The position numbers and the translations under genes were made by a program. Source: Calcarisporiella thermophila CBS 279.70 (Eukaryota; Fungi; Calcarisporiellomycota). Taken from it: DNA of 64,000 nt. Numbering within the stretch: the first letter of the stretch is position 1; every line of letters starts with the position of its first letter. The notes under the pieces are model-generated. The model was not told the origin of the DNA and did not search any database. It saw nothing but the letters and a program-made list of their open reading frames with translations. Positions 12,454 through 23,238 of the stretch are shown here, piece after piece. The stretch is taken from contig NW_027192197.1 in assembly GCF_041956535.1 (NCBI RefSeq), positions 827,647 through 891,646 of the forward strand, given 5' to 3'.

Positions 12454-14337
12454 ATGGGTACCAGCTACACCGACATTTCCACGTTTGGAGCGGTAAGATG
12501 TTGGCCCCATTTCTGAATGGCACGAGGAGGCTCATTTCATTTCCATTCTGCCTCCATTCCAGATTCATCAGACGCTTACTACCACCTTCTGCTCTGGGGC
12601 TACTCGGAGCCTCGCGTGGCGCCGGAAGCAGCTCAAGGAGCTCTACCGCATGCTCGAGGAGAATGAAGACGCACTCTGCGAGGCGCTAAGGCTAGACCTG
12701 CGCAAAAATCGCCAGGAGTCCATCACGAGCGAAATAGGCGTGTCCAGAAGCGAGGCCGCCAATGCCTATAAGAATCTGCAATCGTGGGCGAGTAAGAAGA
12801 ACGTGTCCAGCAACTTTGCCTTTAAGCTCGACAGCTGTCAAATCCACAGACACCCCAAAGGTGACTCTGCATTCCCCTGACTTGTCTGCAAGCATCTGTG
12901 TGTTCACTTCTTGCTTTGTGCCGGGTAGGGGTGGTTCTCATCATCGGCCCTTGGAACTATCCGGTGAATCTCCTCGTCATTCCCCTGATTGGCGCCATTG
13001 CGGCCGGAAACTGCGTCTTGCTCAAGGTAAAGAACACGAGCCCAACGCCCTTCACCCATCAAGTGAAATCCGCTCAACCCTTCTCTTTTCTGGGCCCATT
13101 GCCAGCCCTCCGAGATTTCTTTCCATACTAGTTCGCTGCTTAGCCGGCTCATTGAAAAATACCTCGATACCTCAGCCATTCGCGTCATCAATGGGGGTCC
13201 GGAGGAGACAAGCGAATTGCTTCGCTTCAAATTTGACCACATCTTCTACACAGGAAACGGCAGGGTCGGCCGGGTTGTCATGCGGGCGGCCGCGGAATAT
13301 CTAACCCCGGTAACTCTTGAACTCGGAGGAAAGTGTCCCACCTATGTGGCCAAGGATGTGGATGTCGCGATAGCGGCTCGCCGCATAGCGTGGGGCAAGT
13401 TCCTCAATGCCGGGCAAACCTGCATTGCTCCGGACTACGTCATTTGCGAGAAAGAGATCCAAGAGGCGTTTGTCAGCGCGTTGCAAGATGCTTTTCATGA
13501 GTTTTTTGGCGGCAACGACTGGAAACAAAGTGTGAGCTATGGTCGCATCATTAACGAACACCACTGGGACCGGCTCGTGAGGATGTTGAAAGGGTCCAAG
13601 GGAAGAGCGGTGATAGGCAATGAAATGGACCGGGAGGATCTTTTCATGGCCCCTACCGTGGTGGTCGATGTTCAGAAGGACGATAGGGTTGGTCATTTTC
13701 ATTAGCTCTGTTTGTAGCAGAGAAATTTAACCTGCTTCATTCTTGCCTCTCAAAATCATGCTGAATTAGTTGATGAGCGAAGAAATCTTCGGCCCCCTTC
13801 TCCCCGTTGTCACCGTCGAGGGCATTCAAGGCGCGATCTCCATCATGAATTCTTTGTAACCTATTGCATATTGAATTTTTACGTAAATTGCACGTTAACC
13901 CACCTGCCGTCATTGTAGTGACCCTCCACTTGCCATCTATGTCTTCAGCAAGAACCAACACACCGTAGAGCACATCCAGAAGCAAACACGGGCGGGCGCC
14001 TTAGTATCTAATGACTGCTTGCTGCACTTCACCATTAATGCACTGCCTTTTGGCGGTGTAGGCGCGTCGGGTATGGGCCGATACCACGGAAAGCATTCAT
14101 TTAATGAATTCAGCGATCACCAAGCGAGTCTGTCGCGAGGTTTCTCCCATCTCATAGAGATGGCCAATAGTGCGCGTTACCCTCCGTATACCAACGGCAA
14201 ACTGAGGTAAACTCTCTTCGTATTAGACTTGGTGGTTGGGAAGTCTAAGACCCCTCTCTTATGCAACATCCTTGTCCAGATACCTCGCGATGCTGCTCTT
14301 TGAGAAACTGAACCTGACCAAAAAGTCTTCCGATTAA
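12454..14337 (+). CDS. Aldehyde dehydrogenase, ALDH3/fatty-aldehyde class, multi-exon
   Basis: Motifs [26 protein letters not shown], catalytic [17 protein letters not shown] and [17 protein letters not shown]. Confidence 0.92.
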
Positions 14338-14764
14338 TGCAGAATACACTTCGCGTTAGAGTAGATTCCCCAGTATTTATGCACCACAGAATAGGACCCC
14401 CTCTTTTATTGTTTTTATTGTTTTTATTGTTTTCTAAGTCTTAATTATGTTCAGATCATAATTGCTGTAATTATACTGGACCCTTTTTAATTTTTAATTC
14501 ACTTGGAATAGCTTCGACGAGTGTAGAGTTTTTTTTTTTTTCTAGGATCTTTGCGAGAACCATCATTCAACTACCAAAACTAAGGATAGTCTAAATATAA
14601 ATCCCAGAGATTTTGACGCTTTAATTTTAGACGCGCAATAGAATAAAAAAGACTGGAATCTCCAACAATATCATTATCTTTTCTAGTTTTTCTTAGGAGC
14701 TAATCCTGGAAGAATGGACTCGTGGCAAGAACACGCTTGCAACATAAAAAAATTCATAAGTGAA

Positions 14765-14837
14765 TGCCGGATCCCGGGATCGAACCGGGTACCTTAAGAT
14801 CTTCAGTCTTACGCTCTCCCAGATGAGCTAACCCGGC
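14765..14837 (-). tRNA. tRNA-Phe(GAA)
   Basis: The reverse complement GCCGGGTTAGCTCATCTGGGAGAGCGTAAGACTGAAGATCTTAAGGTACCCGGTTCGATCCCGGGATCCGGCA folds as a cloverleaf with anticodon GAA. Confidence 0.95.
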
Positions 14838-15001
14838 TAATCACGAATTTTGTGTGAAAAAATACTTGATATACAGCAATTCGTGTAACCTAAAATTTGG
14901 ATGGCGATGGCGCGGGTTCGAATCTCATCCAGCACTCCTATGTCTGGATTATTTACTATTCCTGTCTGGTCCTCATTAGTCCCGTCTGTCTCTCTATACC
15001 C

Positions 15002-15130
15002 CTGTCCCTGTCTGGTTCTCCATTGTCCCTGTTTGGTCCTCCATTATTCTTATCTGGTTCTCCACTATCCCTGTCCGGCTTTCTCTGTCCTCTCTGGTTC
15101 TCCCAGTCCTGTGTGGTTCTCTACTATCCC
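15002..15130. repeat. Degenerate ~21-bp pyrimidine-rich minisatellite
   Basis: Successive units tccctgtctggttctccattg / tccctgtttggtcctccatta / ttcttatctggttctccacta, then decaying copies. Confidence 0.7.
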
Positions 15131-15306
15131 AGTCTCTTACTTCTCTTGTAACCCCTGCAAGTAAATGACTATAATCTGCACAAAATCATACGACCTTTGA
15201 TTCATCTTTCACCCTTCTTATCTATTCTGCTAAAAAAATCTCAGGAAAAAAAAGGCTGGCCAGGAGCATTACCTGGGTGATTTTTGACGTAGAAGTCTAC
15301 CCTGCC

Positions 15307-15358
15307 TTTAACTTGTATAGGAGACTTTGTAATAAATATCCTTAGTTAAAAAAAAAAA
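15307..15358 (+). mobile_element. 3' tail of the same SINE/LINE family with poly(A)
   Basis: The 22-nt tttaacttgtataggagacttt is identical to the reverse complement of the SINE tail (about 1921-1942). It is followed by AATAAA and A11. Confidence 0.75.
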
Positions 15359-15995
15359 CTGGGACGAGTATAGATGGTCAAACATCCATTGCCATTATTA
15401 ATGGAGTGAGTGTGTATACCGTTTGCCCCACCAGCTTCCACTTTTAGATTGTTTCTGCAACCCAAGCTTTATGAATGGGTCATTAGAGAAAGAATAGCTC
15501 AAGTAAAAAGAAGAAGAACACGTTTATCCAGATTAATGATGATCTAGGTGTATTTTACTCTTAATTATAACACCTTACTGGCCTCGGCACTTTACTGCCA
15601 TTTGAAGAAGTCGGCTCTATCTTTATAGACGCACTCGGGGGTAGAAATATGGAACAAATGAACAAGCCGTTTACTTGCAGCGAAAATCTCGATCGCCTTT
15701 GTCTCTCGCTCTGTTCGTTGATAAATTAAGCCTGCAGCAATATATATGGACCAAGCGCTTATCGGCCTTTTCAATGTCAACATACTGGTTTTGCATGCCA
15801 TTTCGCGTGTTTATTGGAAAGACTGGCGAGAGTAAGAATAAAAAAAGTATTTTTATGGTGAAGCTCGATCAAGAATAAAATACTTGTCGAAATAAATAAA
15901 TAGTGTCAAGTATAGCAAACTTAAATAAAAAGCAGATAAATTATTCACGATGGTGGCAAGTTGAATAAGCGGTGATATCCATTAACCCGGTCTAT

Positions 15996-16703
15996 TTACT
16001 TTTCCTCGTATTTGGGCCAATTCCCAGAAGCGGGACACTTTGAGAGGGGTCTCCAGGAGATGTTGAGGATACCGGCATCAGGATTACCAAGCTTAGAGAA
16101 TGCAGACCGAGTTAGGTCAATATTGCCATTCTTTGCACATCCCGCACACAAGTCCACCAGCTTGACGACTACGGATTTACCACCCGATCGTACTTCAATG
16201 CATTTATAGCACATGTTTAAGCCTCCCTTGATGGCACCAATCATGTCGCTGTTTCGGCCATTATAAGGCTTAAGTCTAAACAAAATGGTAAGCTGGCGTG
16301 TAGGTCCTTAGTTCACTAGAAAATCCCATTACCCATTTCGACCATAGCATGCTGCATTGTTGAGATTTCCGCCATCGTACCAAGTCACACGGTTGCTGCC
16401 CGAGTTCGCCGGCGGGCTCTCCTTGGCCGGCTTCTCCTTGGCCGGCTTCTTATTCTTGTTTCCCTTAGCGGGCTGCTTTGCTGGCTGTTTCGCGGGCTTC
16501 TTTGCCTCCTTCTTGGCCGGCTTCTTTTTGTTTCCCTTGTTGTTTTTGTTCTTCGGCGCACGGCGCTCAAAGTGGTGCAGGCCGTTGGCTTGAACCAAGG
16601 AGGCATCGAAGAGGGCTGTGGCGCGGCCAGTCTGCCATTCGTAGGCGCTGGCTCCGGTAAGCAGGGCGGCTGCCCCGACTGAGAGGAAAAAGGTCAGCTT
16701 CAT
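15996..16703 (-). CDS. Secreted RlpA-like double-psi beta-barrel (expansin/loosenin-like) protein
   Basis: Signal peptide MKLTFFLSVGAAALLTGASA and a Lys/Pro-rich linker. DPBB motifs VTWY..AACYG and CYKCIEV..VVVKLVDLCAGC..IDLTRSAFSKL. One intron near 16281-16330. Confidence 0.85.
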
Positions 16704-17293
16704 CGCGGCTAGGGAGCGGGCTGGAGGGAAGCAGGGCAGGGGGGAAGGAGAGGCAGAGGAAAAGCAGCAGTGCAAGGAAGCAGCCGCCGTAGAAACAAAA
16801 AAAGTTGAATGTTTGTGCCATGCTGAAACGCAGCCGAGTCTGCCTGTGTAATCTTCAGCAGCGTGGTGGGATGCTCTTTTGTCGGCGACATCCTAGCACA
16901 AGCGAATCTTCCATCGCTAGCTGAAAACGCGAGTCTCAGTTTGAAATGCGGCGGTGACCAATGGCGGGGCTGCGTCTGTTAGGGTTGATTCAAGGTTATC
17001 AACTAAAGCCAGTTCCTATTTTTGTTGCCGCTTCGAACGCTTTGGTTCTCCGCAGAGGCCGGACGCGGCCCTGGAGTCCGACGTTTGCAGGCAAGTTTAG
17101 GGCAGGCGAGGCACTTAGGTTAGGTTGTGGATGCTAGCCTCAGAGGCCCTTTTTATAGACCGGAAAACTCTTGGCCTAGCTAAATTTTGATTCGATTCGA
17201 CGCTGATTGGTTAGATGGGTGACCCTCATTATTACCTTTCTCCTCAATACCCTCACGGAAATTTCATCATTGACATTTTCCTTCATTTAAATT

Positions 17294-19040
17294 ATGTCGT
17301 CTCACGAAGGCGGTTACTCGCGAACGAAGCCCCAACCCGATCCCTACTATGTACAGCCGCATGGGCATCAGGAATGGGATCAAAATTATAACTACGGGTC
17401 ACACGAGCAAGCAGCCTACCCCCAGCATTCTCAAGCTCCCGATGCCTATTATTACCCCCAGCAATATCAGCCGGATTCATACAATGAGATCCCGCTCACT
17501 ACCAAAACAACTGGCGATGCCCACTATGATACAGGATATCCTGTGCACAATACGAATGAGCACGAGTACTACCCCACCAACTCGTACAATGACGAAATTC
17601 AGCCGAAGCCAACCTCCTATCCATATTCCGCTGCCCAAGATTCGGGTGCTGCATATCCCACCACCTCACAAGCATATCCAATGACGGATTACACCCCCGA
17701 TGCTCGTAATACTGCCACCGGCATCGGATATGATCACAACTCCACATCGAAAGTCGCCACCTACAATAATCAATCTCAGCCAGATCCAGGCCATCATGCA
17801 GAGGGAACGTCTATACCTCCATCCGGCCCAACTCCCGCCAATGACACCGAATACATGCAGGCAGCAAAGCCTCTTATCAACCCGGACGATGTTCCCCGCC
17901 CGCCTCCGCGAAAATGGAGGCCCTGGTTTACCTGGTTTGTGACGGCGGTCCAAATCTGCGTGCTTATCGCTGAATTCGTGATATTCCATAACCTCACCGA
18001 CAAGTGGATCGAAACCTCGCCTTTCAACGTGATGATTGGCCCTTCCGCCCAGGCGCTGGTCTATGAAGGTGGCCGATTTGTTCCCTGCATGCGGCCTACA
18101 AATAACATGGACAAGCTGCTTCCCTGCCCAAATTCTAGCAATGCGCAGGCCACCGCTGGCTGTTCTCTGACGGAAGTCTGCGGCTTCAATGGATTCCCCA
18201 GTGGTAAGCCGGATCAATGGTAGGTGGATGATGGAGTGAAGCTCTTCATATTTCCGTAGCTGTCTCTCCATGAGAATGACGAAATATTACTCCATCTCCT
18301 AGGTTCCGCTTCATTACCCCCATATTTTTGCACGGTGGCATTGTCCATTTGCTCTTCAATTTGCTATTTCAATTAAGAACGGGAGCTCAATTGGAAACCG
18401 ACTTGGGACCTCTCCGTTTCGGGCTTATTTATTTGATCAGTGGCATTGGGGGATTCATTTTTGGCGGTAATTTCGCACCGACGCTCATCACCTCCACCGG
18501 TGCTTCCGGCAGTCTCTTTGGGTTAATTGGCTGCTTGGTGATCGATATCGTGATGAACTATCACACCCTTCATCGCCCTGGCTGGGAACTGACAAAGCTG
18601 GGAATTATGATTTTGATATCATTTTTGATTGGGTAACTGTCCACCCCCTGTTGGATATATTCTGTCCTATACTCACTCATGCTCTTCGCTTTGTCATCCA
18701 GGCTACTCCCATTCCTCGACAATTTTGCCCACATTGGCGGCTTTCTATGCGGCATTCTCTCAGGCTCTATCCTCATGCCGCTCGAGCGCAAAACTAAGAG
18801 TTTGAGACGAATCACGTGGTGGATCATTCGTCTTGTCGCACTGGCTCTGCTCATTGCATTTTATGGAGCACTTTTAGCCAACTTTTATAATGTAAGTGCG
18901 GCCACTGTGGATAATTTCTGACGATTTACTGACCCTTGCCTGATATTTAGCAAAATGATCCCTCTGCAGCGTGCCCGTGGTGTAAATATCTCTCCTGTCT
19001 CCCCATCCAGGGCTGGTGTGACGTTTTCAATAACCAATAA
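17294..19040 (+). CDS. Rhomboid intramembrane serine protease (S54), 4 exons
   Basis: Motifs WFRFITPIFLHGGIVHLLFN, catalytic GASG and AHIGG. It has a Y/Q/P-rich N-terminus and a C-terminal CPWCKYLSCLP. Confidence 0.92.
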
Positions 19041-19534
19041 GGACACTTCTAAGGAGGAGTCTCGGATTGATTTTCTATTACATTCGTTTATTGCTGTCTT
19101 CAATTCAAGACTCTAGTCAATTTCAACACTTTCATCCTTCCATTTCCACTCTGTAATGTTTCATTTGTTTCTTCATTTTGTTTTCCCTTTTTTTTACCCC
19201 CTTGTACTTTGCTTTTGATGCTATTCACTTAGTAGACACCTCTTTCATTCATCCATAATTGGGGACTATGAAGGCGAGAAAAACGGATGCTTTTGGGCAT
19301 ATTGTATTGATTTGAATTATACACTAGGCGAATATGCATGTGATCCATGCATATACAACGGAATCCGGCGTGCAAAACAGTAATGAAATATACAAACAAT
19401 GGCAAACATGAAATAACGTGTAGAAAAGAAAAAGTGAAAAAAAAATCCTTCCCATGAAAAGAGCTAAAACTGGACTCGATCGCGAAGTGCAAGCACAAAA
19501 ATCCCTTTCGCCTACCTCCCACACTGCCTTTTCA

Positions 19535-20904
19535 TCATTTTTGTTTTGAATTCGTCGCTAGAAAAAGATGGGATGAAGGGGTCCCTTCGCACAAAATCAT
19601 GGGAGGCTTTAGCTAAATGATCAATCTGGTTAGACACAAGAAGATAAATTGTCCCCCAAGGGGGGGGTGGACAACACCAAGATGGAATTTACCACTCCTG
19701 CTCGACAAGCTCTACCTTGCCCATTTTCACACAAGTAGGACCCCCCGCCAGTTGCTGGTGCAGAAATAGCATCTGGGATACCAAAAACTCATACTCCGGT
19801 TCGGCTCTCGTTCGGATACTTTCTTTCTGTTCCTCTCGTAGCCTTCGCATCTCCCGCACATTCTCGTCGAGCTCCAAATGCAACCTTCGGTTTGCCCGCT
19901 GCAGGCGTGAATTCAATAGTCGCAGCTTGTTTGCCTCATCCTCAAGGAGACGCGAAGCGCGTTGCAGCCGCACATTTTGCAGTATAAGGTGCTCCATCTG
20001 ACACTCGAGCGCGCTGACTCGAGAGTCAGAGTCGCGCTGGCGCGGCGCCACATCAAGAAAGAAAGCAGGGTGGGATGATACTCTGTGTTGGTGAGGGCGA
20101 TGGAGCCCTTCCTTGCGATCCTCCGGAGATTCTGGATAGCCTGGCTCGTTAAGCAATTGCTGGGCACCCTTTATCACTCCATCATGAATGGTAGCCTCCC
20201 CTTCGAATGTCCCTTCTTCTGTATATTCTTTTGGTTCTTCCGGAATGGTTTCAGACAGGGAGACATCATCCATATCACTTGGAGAGGGGCTCACTTGATT
20301 CTGGCACTGCTTTTCGTCCATCGATCCCTCCTCCCCCTCCCCCTCCTCATCCACCTCTTGAGCCACACTAAGACGGTCAAAGTTGTGCACACGATAAGAC
20401 TATGAAGAAGAAGATAGGGGTCAGTAAAATAAAAGCATGCTTTTCGACAAAATCCACATCTTTACTCGTTCAATTTTCGAATGCAGTTGGGTATACTCAT
20501 CTCTGGGGCGTCTAGTCGAGCGCTTTCCGAAGTCAAAGAAGCCCGAGAGCGGTCGTTTCTTCGCCTCTCTGTTTAACTTTCTTCCGCCCACTATATTTTC
20601 GGAGGGAAACCTATAGTTCAAGGGAAGAATGTCGTACACAGACATAGGGCGGCGATGCTCCGAATTGCGCCTTAGTCCTGAATTTTTGGTGGAGGCCTCA
20701 GGGAAGGGATGGCCAGGCGTGCTTGCCCGTCGAAAGAGTCGCTTGAGAGGGTTAGAGGGTTTATCGCCGGGGTGGTTCGAGTTTGAGAAGGACTAAGTGA
20801 GAGAAGGGTAAGTACAAAGGGGGTCAGATGCGACGAATGCCCGTCACTGTGTCACTTACGAAAAGGGAATCAATGGTCAATGAGTACGATTTCAGGCCTC
20901 TCAT
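19535..20904 (-). CDS. Hypothetical coiled-coil protein (multi-exon; boundaries approximate)
   Basis: A 233-aa core ORF (19689-20390) with a coiled coil (LILQNVRLQRASRLL), linked by plausible GT-AG introns to an ATG at 20904 and to a short terminal exon. Confidence 0.55.
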
Positions 20905-21817
20905 TGTGTATATCGAAAGAGTTTCAAGACGAGTGGAGAGAATGTTAAAGGACAGAGGTATGAGTTATCAATATTAAATGAAAGTGCCTTGATTCTTTGC
21001 GGAAGCTATGAGGTATTAAAGATAGCCTGGAAGAACCAACCTTGATTGATTCAAATGCTGCAAAAGAAAAGGGGGAGTGGAGGAGGGGGGTCTCGGCTCC
21101 CTTTTTGATTTATTTGCCACCACTGCAAATTCAAATTAAAATAAAGCATTAATAAAATAAAGCAATATAAAACGAAATCACAACCGGATTCAAACTTGCG
21201 AAATTGCCGTCTTTTGTCAGCTTGCTGCTTGCTTAATTGTTTTCATACATAATTATTGCTATTACAGACCTTCTAGAAAGCGAGGTCCAAATTTATACCT
21301 CCTGCTTTAATTTTTATTTATTTTTTTCGGGCCCTAGCTTTTTTCCCTTGCCTCATTTCCAAAACTCCACATTTTTATCCTGTGCAATTTAGGAGGTGGT
21401 TGAAGAATGATTTAAGGAGCTCGCCCATGAACTGAAAATAAAAATAAATAATTGCCACCATTACCTCTAACGGTCCACCATTCTTGTAAGCCCAGAGAGC
21501 TTCTGAGCTTTTCTTAGCCCAATAACACCCGATCCAACGGCACCATGGTTTGATAATTAATTTGATGACATTATTCTCGCTATGGGTGCGGGGTTTGCAA
21601 GCGGGTTAGACTTGGATGCCTTCAACAAAACTCCCAGAGCGATGAAGAGGTCTACTTCCTCGAGCTTAGCTTGAATAGTTTCAAATTCGATCCATTAAAC
21701 AATTCAACCAGGAAAATATAAATGGGGTGGTTCACGCTACCGCTTTTTCTGATTATTCTCTTGAAATTATGCGAAATCCTGCATATTAACTTGGCTGATT
21801 TGGTTTCAGCAGAATAC

Positions 21818-22070
21818 TCAGAAAATCGTAATAACCATTTTCCACAACGTTAATTTAGTCTCTTCGAAAAACCCTACTCGTTTCCAATCTTCCACGGTCA
21901 AATTTAAACACTTTCTCGCGAACTCCAGGCGATGTCTACGGTGCACAGCTGAGAGAAGAGGCTTCTTTGGACGCACTCGAGTCAGCACTTCCTCTCTTTG
22001 GATTACCCTCCTCACGGTATCATCGGTCAATTCTCTGTTGTATTGCTCTTTGAAAATTTTCTCACATCGG
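21818..22070 (-). mobile_element. Tc1/mariner transposase relic
   Basis: TVRRVIQR..RPKKPLLSAVHRRHRLEFARK..TVEDWKRV.F.EETK matches the Tc1-type HTH-to-catalytic linker (KKPLL...RL.FA...W..V.FSDE). It is truncated and no TIRs were seen. Confidence 0.8.
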
Positions 22071-22725
22071 TTGGTTTTTGCAGTGTAGTGTAGGAGCTGT
22101 AGTTTTTTCTCAACCTATTTGCACTGTTCCCTTGAAAGAGATTACTGAAATATAGTGATTTTAACAAAATATATCGATTTGTGACTATGCTTTTGAGGTC
22201 GGCTGTAAGTAGATGCCTTCATTAATGAGCTTAAATAGAACATCACGGAATACAGTTAACCAAAAGCAAATCGTAATAACTAAAGTATATAAGCAAGGTT
22301 ATAAAACAAATATAGAAATATAGAAATATGATAAATACGAATTTGGGGGATATTATATTAAATCTACATGCTTGATTCTTTTTCTAAAAAGCAGACAAGA
22401 TCAAATCCCATAGTGCAACCTAGGGCGTGAGTTGTCCCCACTAATCCCGCCGCCACACTTGGTGATCCTTGAGGTAGAAACAGAGCAGTGCCTCCTGTTC
22501 CAAGCGCTAACGCAGTTCCGTAGGCCTCAGCGTTTGCATTATGCGATTAAGACTCTGGTTGAGCCACCATGATTTCGGGTATGTAATATTCGCCTATTCA
22601 ATTGGGCAACCGGCACCTCAAGTGCATGAAATTGAGAACTAGCATTCTCTACGGCATTTCGTAGCACACTATCAGGCAAATCAAGGCAAGTCATTTATTC
22701 TCTCGCCACATAAGGGGTTCTAATT

Positions 22726-23238
22726 TCATACAATGACGATTCCACATCCAAGTACTATTGCACCTTGGCAAGCACACCACGAACATTCCCGTGGATGCTG
22801 TGCATACACAGGCACTCCAATGCTAAGGGCCACCTTACTCACAACTTTCTGCCAGAGTTCTCCTGTCCAGCAGTCCTCTTTTCCTATCCAGTAGTCCTCT
22901 CTCCCTGTCCAGCCTGGAATGTTCATGAATGATTGCACCTGCATCACCTCATACCCCTCAGATATACTCCTTGTCCCCGGATCAAGTGTACCTGAGGTAG
23001 ATGATAGCACCCTGCTAGACCATGTCTCCGTCCGCGAAGGATCCGGAGTGTACTCTTCATCCGGTATAACGGTGGCGTCAAGATCTTCGTCGTCCCATAA
23101 TTCTTCATTGGAGTCATTCAAATTATCCGCTTCCAGTAATTCAGATCCCGGAGAAGAGATAGGTGTGATCGTTGTTTGTGACGACAGGAAAGATTCTGGA
23201 CTTGGCCATATAAAATGATTCAATTGTTCAGTATTCAT
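22726..23238 (-). CDS. Hypothetical acidic protein or relic
   Basis: A 170-aa ATG-started ORF with an acidic tract and a 7-aa repeat (WTGREDY/WIGKEDC/WTGE). No family recognised. Confidence 0.3.
   Translation of the reverse strand: MNTEQLNHFIWPSPESFLSSQTTITPISSPGSELLEADNLNDSNEELWDDEDLDATVIPDEEYTPDPSRTETWSSRVLSSTSGTLDPGTRSISEGYEVMQVQSFMNIPGWTGREDYWIGKEDCWTGELWQKVVSKVALSIGVPVYAQHPRECSWCACQGAIVLGCGIVIV

Noticed and set aside
15002-15130. CRISPR-like array
   Set aside because: Contiguous degenerate tandem units with no unique spacers, in a eukaryotic context.
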